DNA of 56,094 nt, counting the filler, from Callorhinchus milii (lineage: Eukaryota), in the NCBI RefSeq assembly GCF_018977255.1. It is 2 parts of 2 records of this genome, joined end to end, with 100 filler letters (N's around TTAATTAATTAA, not from the genome) between each part and the next. Parts side by side here need not be neighbours in the genome. Positions count along the whole stretch, not along the records: positions 1 to 28,003 come from NW_024705679.1; 1 more part is not named here. The stretch is one strand, 5' to 3'. A program made the position numbers and the translations under genes. This document shows, in pieces, positions 13,044-25,112 of this stretch. The notes beneath the pieces were generated by a model, which did not search any database, was not told the origin of the DNA, and saw only the letters and a program-made list of their open reading frames with translations. Numbering within the stretch: position 1 is the stretch's first letter; every line of letters begins with the position of its first letter.

Positions 13044-14941
13044 GATTCTTGTTCTACCTCATCGAGGGTCAGAAGATGGATGACACTGGCTGTACTGCCT
13101 GATGAAAACTGCACCATATTTTATACACTGCATAGGAAATGTCCACCATGAGGGCTCCATAATGGACATGATGCTGAGATGGGCTGTGGGCTCCACTCTG
13201 GGCCCTGAACACCTCCTTCCCAGGACATTGGTAAGATGTGACGTAGCTCAGTTTTTTTTAACATTTAACCTGATAAAGAAAGTTTTATGATCGGTCTTCA
13301 CATTAGAAAAGCTGGAACATTTCAGCCTTTACTCTCACCAACCCAGTGTGTTGGAGATATCGAATGGGTGACATTTTAGTGCAAGATACAGTATTACACA
13401 ATGAAAGGGACTGTTCATCCAAAGGGTTGGTACCAGTTTTACTGCTTGGAAATTCAACTTTGTCAGGTTTTAATTGTGATGCCTCTGTCTCCACTTTGTG
13501 TGTTATGACATGGCTTTGAGTCTTAAGCATTTTACTCCAATTGGTGTGAAGGATCTCTGCAAATTGGCCATTTTGACTTGTGGCAACAAACATAACTCTT
13601 GTGAGCAAACCCCTGAGGCACAGTTGCACATTGGGGTGTAAATGACAGAGATGGCAGCAGTGTTCCTTACGGAAACCGGATGTACATCACAGCAATCTGT
13701 GGGAGCTCCCTGTGACTTGGAGTGCTTTCAGAGCTATAGGTCAGTCTGATATACTTCCAATTACCGGCCGGAGCTCCCGAATTAGAATTCCTAATTTAAG
13801 GAATTGTTTTTAAAATTGCTGCACTTTAGGCTCCATCGCTGCTAATTTCTGCTTTTGTTGAGAAGGTAATTCTTGTTGTCAGTTCCTCAGACTGGTCCAC
13901 ACGGCTGCCAGTGATTGTCAGCGCCTCTTTAAGGACACATGAGGGAGCTCTGCCTTAGAAATGAGATGAGGGTCAGGGATTGGAGTTAATTGCTGGGTAT
14001 GACTTCAGTTTTCAGGATTATTCATCTTATTTGCAGTTGTCAGGTTTTTTGTATATCAAATCTCACGATTGGGTTATGCTAAGGAACTACATCATTATTT
14101 TGGGGGTTGTGCTTACAAACCACTGTAAAGATTTTCCTCCATATAATGCAACATATAATGTTCAGCAGAATAATGAATGTGATGCTGATAAATAACCCTG
14201 ATGTCCGGAGATAACATTATATGTAGCAACTGGGAGCAATTTCAACATAAGCCATTTTCTTCTTAGTTTTATGTGTAATGTAACATCAATATGGTTCGTG
14301 TATTAAGAACATAAGAAGATAAGAACTCTTCCAGATTCTTCCAGGTCATCTTTCAGCCAAATCAAAATACTTCAGTTCCTAAGCCGGTTATGAAGCTATG
14401 AATTTAGATTTGGAACAGTAGTTACTGAAACACTTGTGTGTTGAGTCATTAGTTAATTCATTTTAATAGCTTTGAAAAAGATGAGCTAAACGTTGCCTTC
14501 AGAAAAATGTTTTATGGGATCAAAATCTCCTAAATATAGACGTCATCAAGTTAAATGTCTTGAGACATCTTTAAAATCATTTATCTGCTTCAGATGGTCG
14601 CTGTTCCATTTTTATTCAGCAAAAGTTTCCATGTTCTTTTCTCATTGGCTCTGAGCCTCAGTGCGTTGTTGAGTTGTTGTGTGTGTGTGTGTGTGTGGGG
14701 AGAAGATCACGTCAGACAAGACTTGTCAATATTTTCAAAGTGACGATCCGAGTTGAAGGTTTTTATAGCGAACGTATTGTGAATTTAATGTTGTAGCTCA
14801 TTACTGAATCCCAATAGCTTTGTACACTGCGATATTGACCGCCGCTCTTGTTTTATTCCCCCAAATTCTGCAGTGTAGACTGTTGCCTCATTTTAATTTG
14901 CACAAAAGCCTTGTATTGTAAGAGCTCTAACCCCATTCCCT

Positions 14942-14977
<36 letters not shown>

Positions 14978-15192
14978 CCACCGTGTCCGTGTCAATGGTC
15001 GCTCCCCCACACTGTCACTTTCAACTCCAACCCCATTCCCTGCTCTCTCTCTCTCTCTCTCTCCCCCCACGAGTCAGTGCTGGTGTTCGCTCAAATAATT
15101 ATCAAGTTCTCGCTTAACAGTTGTTCTCAAATCGGCTTCCACCACCCCTTCAGGCAATGCATTCCAGGATATTCTATCAAGTGCTTTGAAAT

Positions 15193-15507
15193 GTCCTGTA
15201 GCTCAGTGGTTAGAGCACTCGCCTCGTAAGCGAGAGACCTGAGCTCAATTCCAGGCCGGGGGCGAAACCTCGGGCAAGTTTCCTTACTCCATACGCCTGA
15301 TAATAATCCCTCCAAAACAAAGCAATAATAAATTGGTCATTTTCAATCCACGACTGTTTGTGGGAACCACTGTGTGCAATTGGCTGCCGTGTTTCGCCCA
15401 CAAATATACGGTCAATTCACGATACAGTCTATTCTGTGAAGCGCTTTGAGACGTCGAGAAGACGTGAAAAGCGCTATGTCAAATGCGAGGATTATTATTA
15501 TTATTAT
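15193..15507 (+). mobile_element. tRNA-derived SINE copy
   Basis: GTCCTGTAGCTCAGTGGTTAGAGCACTCGCC..(ATT)n. Confidence 0.88.
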
Positions 15508-15540
15508 AGGTCGGATGCACGGAATCCTCAGCCTAACACA

Positions 15541-15990
15541 GAGCCTGGCGAGGGCGAGGGTGATGGGGTACAGGGTTTAGTGTGTGATAGGGACCCAGTG
15601 GGGCCTGGCGAGGGCGAGGGTGATGGGGTACAGCGTTTAGTGTGTGATAGGGAGCCAGTGGGGCCTGGCGAGGGGGGGGTGATGGGGTACAGCGTTTAGT
15701 GTGTGATAGGGAGCCAGTGGGGCCTGGCGAGGGGGGGGTGATGGGGTACAGCGTTTAGTGTGTGATAGGGAGCCAGTGGGGCCTGGCGAGCGCGAGGGCG
15801 AGGGCGAGGGCGGGGGTGATGGGGTACAGGGTTTAGTGTGTGATAGGGACCCAGTGGGGCCTGGCGAGGGCGAGGGCGAGGGTGGGGGTGATGGGGTACA
15901 GGGTTTAGTGTGTGATAGGGAGCCAGTGGGGCCGGGCGAGGGCGAGGGCGGGGGTGGGGGTGATGGGGTACAGGGTTTAGTGTGTGATAG
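15541..15990. repeat. About 60-78 bp G-rich minisatellite, 7 copies
   Basis: GGGCCTGGCGAGGGCGAGGGTGATGGGGTACAGGGTTTAGTGTGTGATAGGGACCCAGTG unit. Confidence 0.93.
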
Positions 15991-17144
15991 AGAGACAGTT
16001 TCCTGACTGTGTAAATGAGTGCAGATAAATCTACCAAATAAGGAATCCAAGAAAGCTCCAGCAGTGATCTTTCAGCAGAGAAGCCATGATAGTGATGATC
16101 CTGTAGCTCAGTGGGTAGACCCTCGCCCGGCAAACGAGAGGATCTGGGTTCGATTCCCGGGTGGGACAGGGAGAAACGTTGGGCAAGTTTCCTTACTCCA
16201 CACGTCACTGTTTGCCTTGTAGTGAGTAGGATCCGGTTGGTAGTCGATTGGCTTTTCCGGGAGTAATAATTCCTTCAAACAAAAATGAATCGGTCACTTC
16301 AATCCACGACTGTTTGTGGGACGTCACTGAGCACAATTGGCTGCTGCGTTTCGCCCACAAAACACATAGTCACTACATTTTACAGTATATTCTGTGAAGC
16401 GCTTACAGTCAGTGTTGATTGTTACAATCAATATTGCTCAACACCGGGTTAGTTCCCTGGAGGAGGTGTGGGGGGGGAGAGGGGAAGTGTCCTCACAGCT
16501 GATGGTAAGGTACTGGCAATGGGGTGTGGCAATCAATCCCCCCCCCCCGCCCCCCCAGTCAGCGGTTAGCACCTCGCTTTGCAATCTGAAACGTTGGGTA
16601 AGTTTCCTTACTCCACACATACACACACACAGCAGTAAGTAAGAAGCCGCTTGTTAATAATAATAATAATAATTTGGTCACTCAACCCACGGCTGTTTGT
16701 GGGGACGTCGCCGGGCGCGATTGGCTGCCGCGTTTAGCCCCAAAACACACAGTCTCTACACTTTAAGGTGTATCCCGTGAAGCGCTTTGAGACGTGACAT
16801 GTGTTGTATCAACAATTCTTGTGGATGTATTATTAATGTGACATTCACTTCCTGACTGGGAAATTGCTTTCACAATACCAACTGACAAGGTTATTGGTGT
16901 TATAAAAAATTTCCTGTGTGCAATTAGCTGTCGCGTTTCTCGCACAAAACGTACAGTCAATTCACTTTATACCGTATCCTGTGAAGCGCTTTGTGACGTC
17001 TCAAAGACCTGATAAGACACTCGGTCAAAGGCAGTGATTTTTATTTTTTATTAAGATGGTGGAAGCAAAAATTTTAATTTTTTCAAAAACAAATAAGATA
17101 AATTTCTATGAGGAATTAATATGTGGAAATATAGTATATAGACC

Positions 17145-18080
17145 CACACACAGACACACACACACACACAGAGACACACACAGAGACACACACAGACACA
17201 CACAGACAAACAGAGACACACACAAACAAACACACACAGACTCAGAAACACACACACACAAAGTCAGAGATACACACACACAAACACACACACATAGAGA
17301 CACACACAGACAAACACGCACACACAGACTCAGAAACACACACCCACAAAGACGCACATACAGACACACACAGACAAAGACACACACACACACGTACAGA
17401 CAAAGACACACACACACACAGAGATACACACAGACAGAGAGAGAGACACACAGTATACAGTTTGGGACACGACATGTCAAGCGACTGCCGGGATAGTGGA
17501 AGCTGAACTGGATGGACCTTTGTCTTCTTTCGTTGAGCAAATTCTTATGTTATAATATTAATAATCCTAACAACAACAACTTGCACTGACACAGCGCCCT
17601 CCGCACAGGGCAGCGTCTCAGAGCGATTCATAAACTATTATAAAAATATAAAAATAATACTTATATTTAATAATATATTTAACTCTATTAAAAATTACTT
17701 GTGATATATTATTATGTTTGGGCCATTGCTGCATTTGTGTGTGTGTCCTCATGTCTCTGTGTGTGTAAGTGTGTGCGGTGTATGTCTGTGCGTGTGTGAA
17801 TGTGTGTGTATAAGCGTGTGTGTGTGTAAGCATTATGTGTAAGTGCGAGTGTGTGTGTAAGAGTGTGTATGTAAGCGTGTGTGTAAGCATGTGTGTGTGT
17901 GTAACCATGTGCGAGTGTGTGTGTGTAAGCATGTGTGTGTGTAAGTGTATGTGTGTGTAAGCATGTGTGTTAGCGTGTGTGTAACCATGTGTGTCAGCGT
18001 GTATGTAAGCGTGTGTGTAAGCATGTGTGTGTCAGCGTGTATGTAAGCGTGTGTGTGTTAGCGTGTATGTAAGGTGTGTG
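17145..18080. repeat. CA-rich (17145-17450) and GT-rich (17735-18080) compound microsatellites
   Basis: Direct reading. Confidence 0.93.
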
Positions 18081-18735
18081 CAGTTGATGACTGAAGGCAC
18101 GATTGAGAAGGCAGCTCTTGAGGCCGGTGGCCAAGGAGGCAGGTGAGGGGCTGAGGTGGAGGGGCTCCTGGATGCAGATCCAGAGGGCGGGGGCCGTGGA
18201 GCAGGTCAGTGTGTGCAGAGCAGAGGGAGAGGACATGTTGGTGAAGCTTTAACAGGTGCAGAGCGAGTGAGGAGCGAGGCCATGGAGGGAGGGAGGGGTT
18301 AAAGGGAGTGAGAGAGTCACGCCTGGATTTAATGATTGAGTGAATAAGGGCTCAGCAGCCTGAGGGAGAGAGAGTGGTGGAGGCGGCAGTGTTGCGGAGG
18401 TGGGACAAGGCCGAATGGGTCATGGCACGGATGTGGGGTTTAAGGACAGTTGAGGTTGAACAAGACACCGGGTTCTGTACGGCTCGGTGATGGGGAGAGG
18501 GCATCCATGGACACTGATGCTGTCAGCGCCTGAGGTCAGGAGGTGCTGACGGGAGCCAAGCAGGAGAGCCTCGGTCTTGTCGACGTTCAACTGGAGAAAC
18601 TCAGCTCTCATCCAGGACTTGATGCCGGACAGACAATCCGTCAGGACAGCAGTGGGTCCTGGAGTCCAGGGTGGAGGCAGAGAGATAGAGTTTACCCCAC
18701 ACCTGTGGATGATATCACTGAGTGGGACCATGTGA
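18080..18735 (-). mobile_element. L2-clade LINE fragment
   Basis: PLSDIIHRCGV..LTDCLSGIKSWMRAEFLQLNVDKTEALLLGS. Confidence 0.85.
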
Positions 18736-18946
18736 GCACCACATGAGAATTACGCTCCAGAGTTCTTGAACACAGAGAAACAAACTGTGGGTGATACAAA
18801 CCGCCAGACTCCAGTCCAGCAACTGCACAAAGAGAAGGTGCTGGGAACGGGAGGGGGAGGAGATGGTTTGCTGATCCCGGCCGTGTTGGGGTTGAATAAG
18901 CCGCACATCAGCACTTCACGGCTCCAGTCCCCGTCTGTTCAGACAG

Positions 18947-19006
18947 TTATCCAACCATTTTGCCTCTCAGGTCACTGTACAGGGACTGATCATGTGGCTG
19001 TAAAGT
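18947..19006 (-). CDS. CEACAM-like receptor, terminal ITAM exon
   Basis: tcttctctggccag|ACT..TAA; TLQPHDQSLYSDLRGKMVG*; completes YTTL-x7-YSDL. Confidence 0.8.
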   Translation of the reverse strand, partial: TLQPHDQSLYSDLRGKMVG

Positions 19007-19568
19007 CTGGCCAGAGAAGACAGGAAGAGAATGTCACTAATGTCACAGGTGTAACAGTCAGCGGTGCAAATAATAATAATAATAAATAGGAATCCGAGCA
19101 TTTCATACAGCGCTGATCACGCCATTAAACATAAGGAAACCTGTCTGAGGTTTCTCCCTGACCCGCCCGGGAATCGTACTCAGTTCCTCTCGCTTGTGAG
19201 GCGAGGGGTCCAACCCCTGAGCTACAGGTCCCCACTCGTGTCACAAGGTGTGGCAGGTCGCTGGGGGGGAACAGGAATCAGGGAGCCTGGGGTAGAGAGT
19301 GTGACGGGGTGACTGTCAGCAGCACGTACACAGTGAGCTGCACTGAGGAGACAGGTGCTGACACACCATGGACACACAGCTGACCACCGCCCCCACCCAC
19401 CCACCCACCCACACACCCACCCGTGGGCAGCAGCTCTCAGCAGAGGTTGGCAGAGGTCTGGAGGAGGGTATGTTGCCCTCATGGCCACTGGCACATGGTG
19501 CAGGGCTCAGGGCAGAGGCTACAAGAGGACGTTTGGATCCACACAATGAAATATGAATCATCTCTCAC

Positions 19569-19607
19569 CGTGTAGGTGGCATTGGGATCAGAGGCCTCAG
19601 CGAGTTC
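19569..19607 (-). CDS. CEACAM-like receptor, first ITAM exon (39 nt, phase 0-0)
   Basis: tttcttactgcag|GAA..ACG|gtgaga; ELAEASDPNATYT. Confidence 0.8.
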
Positions 19608-19757
19608 CTGCAGTAAGAAAGTCAGAGTGAATATAAACAGTCAGTAGATGGGAAGAGTTGTGCTGAAGGGACAGAGAGCAACGGAAACCTGTCTTTGTGT
19701 TTCACATCTGATTAACAATATCATCATAGATTGTGTTTACAGCACAGAACGATGTCT

Positions 19758-20152
19758 GTGTCTGTGCTCGAGCTCTCTCCCCCACTGGGGCTCTCTCCTC
19801 TCACCCCATTCCCTCCTCTCTCTCTCTCTCTCTCCCCATCGTGTCTGTGCTGGGGCTCACTCCCCCACTGGGGCTCTCTACTCTAACCCCATTCCCTGCT
19901 CTCTCTCTCTCTCTCTCCCCATCGTGTCTGTGCTCGAGCTCTCTCCCCCACTGGGGCTCTCTCCTCTAACCCCATTCCCTGCTCTCTCTCTCTCTCTCTC
20001 TCTCTCTCCCCATCGTGTCTGTGCTCGAGCTCTCTCCCCCACTGTGGCTCTCTACTCTAACCCCAATCCCTGCTCTCTCTCTCTCTCTCCCCATCGTGTC
20101 TGTGCTGAGGCTCACTCCCCCACTGGAGCTCTCTCCTCTCACCCCATTCCCT

Positions 20153-20186
<34 letters not shown>

Positions 20187-20530
20187 CATCGTGTCTGTGC
20201 TCGAGCTCTCTCCCCCACTGGGGCTCTCTACTCTAACCCCATTCCCTGCTCTCCCTCTCTCTCTCTCTCTCCCCATCATGTCTGTGCTGGAGCTCACTCC
20301 CCCACTGGAGCTCTCTTCTCTAACCCCATCCCCTGCTCTCTCTCTCTCTCTCTCTCTCTCCCCATCGTGTCTGTACTGGGGCTCACTCCCCCACTGGGGC
20401 TCTCTACTCTAACCCCATTCCCTGCTCTCCCTCTCTCTCTCTCTCTCTTTCCCCATCGTGTCTGTGCTGGAGCTCACTCCCCCACTGGAGCTCTCTTCTC
20501 TAACCCCATCCCCTGCTGTGTTCTGTCATG
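19758..20530. repeat. About 80-bp minisatellite with embedded (CT)n, roughly 10 copies; related units at 14925-15085
   Basis: CCCCATCGTGTCTGTGCT..CTCCCCCACTGG..CTAACCCCATTCCCTG(CT)n. Confidence 0.92.
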
Positions 20531-20629
20531 TCTGTGCTGGTGGTCTCCGAGACCGTATCTTAGTGAAACGCTCTGTAAGTTCACCTTATTGTTGCACAGT
20601 GTTTGAAACTGGACTGACACATCCACAGA

Positions 20630-20945
20630 GTATGTGGAGTCGGGGAAAATAGCAGAATGGATAGCAATCTGCTGCAAAACAGACAGCAGAGAGTAGGGGT
20701 AAAGGGCAGCGGCTCAGACTGGCAGGGGGTGGGCAGTGGGGTTCCACAAGGATGGGTATTGGGACCCACTGTTGTTCACAATATACATTAATGATTTGGA
20801 CTCGGGAATCAGAAGGACAATTTCAATATTTGCGGACGAGACCAGATCGGGGGGAATAGTATCCAGAGGAGGACGGTCACACATTACAGCAAAACATTAA
20901 TAAACTTGCTGAGTGGGCACTTAAATGGCAAATGCATTTCAATGC
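20630..20945 (+). mobile_element. CR1 LINE RT fragment (the 3' portion resumes at about 21770-22200 after SINE insertions)
   Basis: SGVPQG..LGP..FTIYINDLDSG..IFADET motif DNA. Confidence 0.8.
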
Positions 20946-22220
20946 ATCATCGAGACGTCTCAAAGCTTCACAGAATATACTGTAAAGCCAATTGACTATA
21001 TTTTGGGGCGAAACACGGCGCCAATTGCACCAGCGACGTCCCACAAACAGTCTGGATTGATGGACCAAATTATTATTTTAAAAAAGTCATTATTATCCCA
21101 GAAAAGCGATCCGCCAATCGACTAACAGCCGGGTTCCTACTTACTGCTGGTAAACAATGTGTGTGTGTGGTGTGTGTGTGTAGGTGGAGTAAGGAAAAAT
21201 GTTCTCCTCGCCCAGGAATCGAACCCGGGTCCTCTCACATGCAAAGCAAGTGCTCTAACCACTGAGCAACAGGACCATAGACAGATGGTTTGGGAGATTA
21301 GGAGGAACTGCTGTACACAGAGGGCAGTGGGAATGAGGAAGCTGTGGTCTCGCCCTAACCTCAGGTCTCTGGCTTGCGAGGCGAGTGCTCTAACCACTGA
21401 GCTACAGGACTCCACAAACAAAAATAATCCTTGCATTTGATATATCACCTTATCACATCATCGAGACGTCTCAAAGCCCTTCACAGAATATACTGCAAAG
21501 TGAATTGACTGTATATTTTGTGGGCGACACACAGCAGCCAATTGCGCACAGTGACGTCCCCACAAACAGCCTGGACTGAGTGACACATTTTTTATTTCTT
21601 TTTGAAGGAATTACTTCCCCCAGAAAGCAATTTGCCAATCGACTAACAGCCGGGTTCCTACTAACTGCTGGTTAAACAGAGGCGCGTGTGTGGAGGAAGG
21701 AAACTTGCCCAACATTTAGTCCTACCAGGAATCAAACCCAACTCTAACCGCTGAGCTACAGGACTCCACAGTCCATATACCAGCGATGGAAAGATAACAG
21801 CGAAGGTTTACTACGACTGTACCAGTGCTGGTTGGCTACTGGTATTAGGGCAGACGGGAGAGGTTGGGCTGTTTTTTGCCAGAGAAGAATCACTCAAGAG
21901 AGGGCCTAATGGAGGTGTTTACAATTATAAAAGGGTTTGATAAAGTCAGCATAAATAGGCAACTGCAACTTGTTGGGGAGTCTGTAACCAGGAGACGGAC
22001 ACAAGTGTATATTAGCGCCAAAGGGATGTCAACCAGAATAGGAGGAACTCCTTCACCCAGAGAACGGTGACAATCTGGAGCACTGCCTGAGTCAGAGGGA
22101 GAAGTGGGAGGATTGTGTGTCTACTGTGGGGTATAAACACTGGCACAGACTCGTTGGGCTGAAGGCCCATCTCCACACCGTACAGTCCAGTAAATCTATG
22201 TAAATAACCATTTACTTAAC

Positions 22221-22265
22221 CTTCTGTTTAACTCTCCCCCAGTTTATGCCCCGTTGGGTTCTATT
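22221..22265 (-). CDS. CEACAM-like receptor, possible cytoplasmic exon (45 nt, phase 0-0)
   Basis: cactatag|AAT..AAG|gttaag; NRTQRGINWGRVKQK; frame-neutral, weak donor. Confidence 0.4.
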
Positions 22266-22300
22266 CTATAGTGCAATGAGCTTTTATTATCATTAGCGTA

Positions 22301-22660
22301 GAGTCCTGAAGCTCAGTGGTTAGAGCACTTGTCTCGCAAGCGAGAGACCTGGGTTTGATTCCCAGCAGAGAGAAATGTTGGTCAAGTTTCCTCACTCCAC
22401 ACGTCTCTGTTTACTGAACAGTAAGTAGGAACCCGGTTGTTAGTCGATTGTCGGATCTCCTTTCAGGGGGTAATAAAAACAATCGTTCACTTCAATCCAC
22501 GACTGTTTGTGGGGACGATGCTGTACGCAATGGGCTGCCACGTTTCGCCCACAAATATACAGTCAATTCACTTTACAGTGTGTTCTGTGAAGCGCTTTGG
22601 GACGTCCTCCCGACGTGAAAAGCGCTATATCAAATGCAAGGATTATTATTATTATTATTA
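22301..22660 (+). mobile_element. tRNA(Ala-CGC-like)-derived SINE, near full length; representative of dozens of copies on both strands across the window
   Basis: Head with A box AGCTCAGTGG, arm CTCGCAAGCGAG and B box GGTTYGATTCC; body CAAGTTTCC..AGTAAGTAGGAACCCGG; Deu-like TGTTTGTGGG..TGGCTGCC; tail ATATCAAATGCAAGG(ATT)n. Confidence 0.9.
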
Positions 22661-23179
22661 CTCTGTGAAGCGTTTTGAGATGTTTTCTATGACGTGATAA
22701 GGCGCTGTGTCAAATGCAATGATGATTATTATTGCTATGTATCTCAGAGGCCTTTTTTTAAGATAATTAAAAGTAATCAAAACTGATTTAATGCTCATTG
22801 TCTGTGGACAGGACTCCGGCCTTAGGGAATGTCAGAATCGAGCCCCCCTCTATGACGGTCTCTGGTCCGATCCCTGAGCCAGGAGGGTCCACAGTATCCC
22901 AGGGAACCGGTGATGACAGCACAGCCCGGCCTGGCTCATCAGCAGGACCTGGGGCAGACCAGTCACTGGGGGCAGGGAATCTCCCCCTCAGTTCCTGTTA
23001 ACACAGCAGCCAAAGCCCTGACTAACGGGGAGGGTGGTCCTCGCTGGACAAGCAGCGGGAAAGCGAGTCAATGGCAAACTATGTGGGTTTAGCTGGTTAG
23101 CCTCCAGCAGTTACCCCAACGCACACTCTGGGGTCCCAATGATTATGGAATATAATTAATTTCAGGCATTCGATTATGT

Positions 23180-23418
23180 AGAATCATAGAATATTACAGC
23201 ACAGAAGGAGGCCATTCAGCCCATCGGGCCTGTGCCGGCTCTTTGGAAGAGCTTCTCAATCTTTTCCCAACTATCTTAAATCCATGTCCCCTGGTTACTG
23301 ACCCACCCGCCATGGAAGCAGTTTCTCTCTGTTCATCCTATCGAATCCCTTCATTATTTTGATCACCTCTATTAAATCTCTCCTTAACCTTTTCTGCTCC
23401 GAGGAGAACAATCCCAGT
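23180..23418 (-). mobile_element. CR1 LINE 3' end fragment (related pieces at 24320-24492 minus and 55430-55770 plus)
   Basis: agaatcatagaa tail plus gaggccattc(a/g)gcccatcg, shared with the 10398 element. Confidence 0.8.
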
Positions 23419-23906
23419 GACCACCATACAACAACAACAACAACATCATACATGTGTAAAGCGCCTTTCACAAAAGAGGACGTTCCAAGGCGCTGGACAG
23501 TCAGTGTTTCAGACCCGAGCTGGGGGTCGGGATCGGGGTGGATTGAGGGCGGGGGGGGGGGGGATCAGGGTGAGGGAAAGCACGATCGAAGACTCGGGTC
23601 TTGAGATGGGTCTTGAAGTAGGTGAGGGAGGGGGGGGGAGGCGGAGGGACTGTGGGATGGAGTTGCAGAGGGTGGGGCAGAGTGGCAGAAGGCAGAGCGC
23701 CCGCCAACAGTGGGCAGGAAATCAGGCCATCTATTATATAGAATCATGGAGGCGGGGAACGAGAAGCAGACCACAGCAGTTGATTATCCAGTCAATAATT
23801 TGAGTCAGTTGGCGAGATTCAGGGGAGTTAACAGCTGCTCACTTCATGCCACAGACAGTGAGATGGAACCATGTTGACCAGAGGTTGTTTTAGTAACTAT
23901 CCTGAC

Positions 23907-23974
23907 CTGGTTCCCCATATGGATGGACTCATTCTGGTAGATTGTTCGTGCCTCATTGCGTGTTGAAGAGATTC
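23907..23974 (-). CDS. CEACAM-like receptor, cytoplasmic exon (68 nt, phase 1-0)
   Basis: ttctcacaacag|GA..CAG|gtcagg; GISSTRNEARTIYQNESIHMGNQ; phase bridges the TM exon and the ITAM exons. Confidence 0.7.
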
Positions 23975-24172
23975 CTGTTGTGAGAATGACACCATTATCT
24001 AATTTACTCTCTCATCACAGGTTCATATATTTTTCATACCCGGTATCATCCATTGACATTGCCTCTCCAGGTCGAGGATATTCTTTCCTCAATGGGGAGC
24101 GGAAAACCCCATCAGATGGATCACCTTAGGACCGAGATCTCGTTTGTGCTCTCTGAGCCTCTGAGCACTTAG

Positions 24173-24317
24173 AATAGTCTTTGTATTTGATATAATAATA
24201 ATCCTTGTATTTGATATAATAATAGTCCTTGTGTTTGATATAATAATAGTCCTTGTATTTGATATAATAATAGTCCTTGTATTTGATATAATAATAGTCC
24301 TTGTATTTGATATAATC
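24173..24317. repeat. 24-bp tandem repeat, about 6 copies, resembling the SINE tail
   Basis: AATAGTCCTTGTATTTGATATAAT unit. Confidence 0.9.
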
Positions 24318-24560
24318 ATATCATAGAATCATAGAATTGTACAGCACAAAAAGAGGCCATTCGGCCCATCGAGTCTGTGCGGCTCTTTGAATAGAGCAAT
24401 TAATGTCAATCCCACTTCTCGTCCCTTTCCCATAACCTGCAACCCGTTCTCCTCAAATACCCGTCCACCGCGTTTTTAAAAGTAATTATCGAATCTAATA
24501 TAATAATCCTTGGATTCGATACACTGTATACGTCACTACAAATAGAAGTGATGTAGTTAC

Positions 24561-24692
24561 CGGGATCTCCAGCAGAATGCCCACACTGTCTATAGACGAC
24601 AACAGCAATCAGGAGAATGATGATCACAAACAATATAACCCCGAGAGTGATGGCTGCGATGGTGGCGCTCTGATCCTGAGCACCAACAGAAT
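24561..24692 (-). CDS. CEACAM-like receptor, transmembrane exon (132 nt, phase 1-1)
   Basis: tttcccctccag|AT..CCCG|gtaact; DSVGAQDQSATIAAITLGVILFVIIILLIAVVVYRQCGHSAGDP. Confidence 0.85.
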
Positions 24693-24750
24693 CTGGAGGG
24701 GAAAGTCAACAGATGTTAATGTTCATACAATGCCCTTCACATGGGTTATC

Positions 24751-25112
24751 ATAATAATCCTTAATAATCCTTAATACAGCGCCTTATCAAATCTTCGAGA
24801 GTCTCAAAGCGCTTCACAGAATACCCTGTAAAGTAGTGACTGTATATTTTGTTTGCAGCCAATTGTGCACAGCAGCGTCCCACAAACAGTCGTGGATTGA
24901 GTGACCAAATTATTATTATTATTTTCTTTTGGAGACATTATTACCCACAGAAAAGCGATCCACCAATCGACTAACAACCGACTTCCTACTTACTGCTGCT
25001 ATCAAAGGTGTGTGTGTTCTGCCTAATGTTAAACCCTGACCCGGCCGGGAATCGAACCCAGTTCCTCTCGCTTGCGAGGCGAGAGCTCTAACTACTGAGC
25101 TACAGGGCTCCA
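24751..25112 (-). mobile_element. tRNA-derived SINE truncating the CEACAM-like Ig exon
   Basis: Head TGGAGCCCTGTAGCTCAG is fused directly to GSYT codons. Confidence 0.88.

Noticed and set aside
13303..13629. 108-aa minus-strand ORF next to the TGFBR1 fragment
   Set aside because: No recognisable homology or splice context.
15193..15265. tRNA-like sequences (many, including the variant at about 42824-42895)
   Set aside because: No proper acceptor stem, and each continues into the SINE body; they are SINE heads, not tRNA genes.
24040..24124. Possible extra 85-nt cytoplasmic exon (GDPSDGVFRSPLRKEYPRPGEAMSMDDT)
   Set aside because: It ends in phase 2 but the next exon needs phase 1, and the acceptor is weak; not included in the model.
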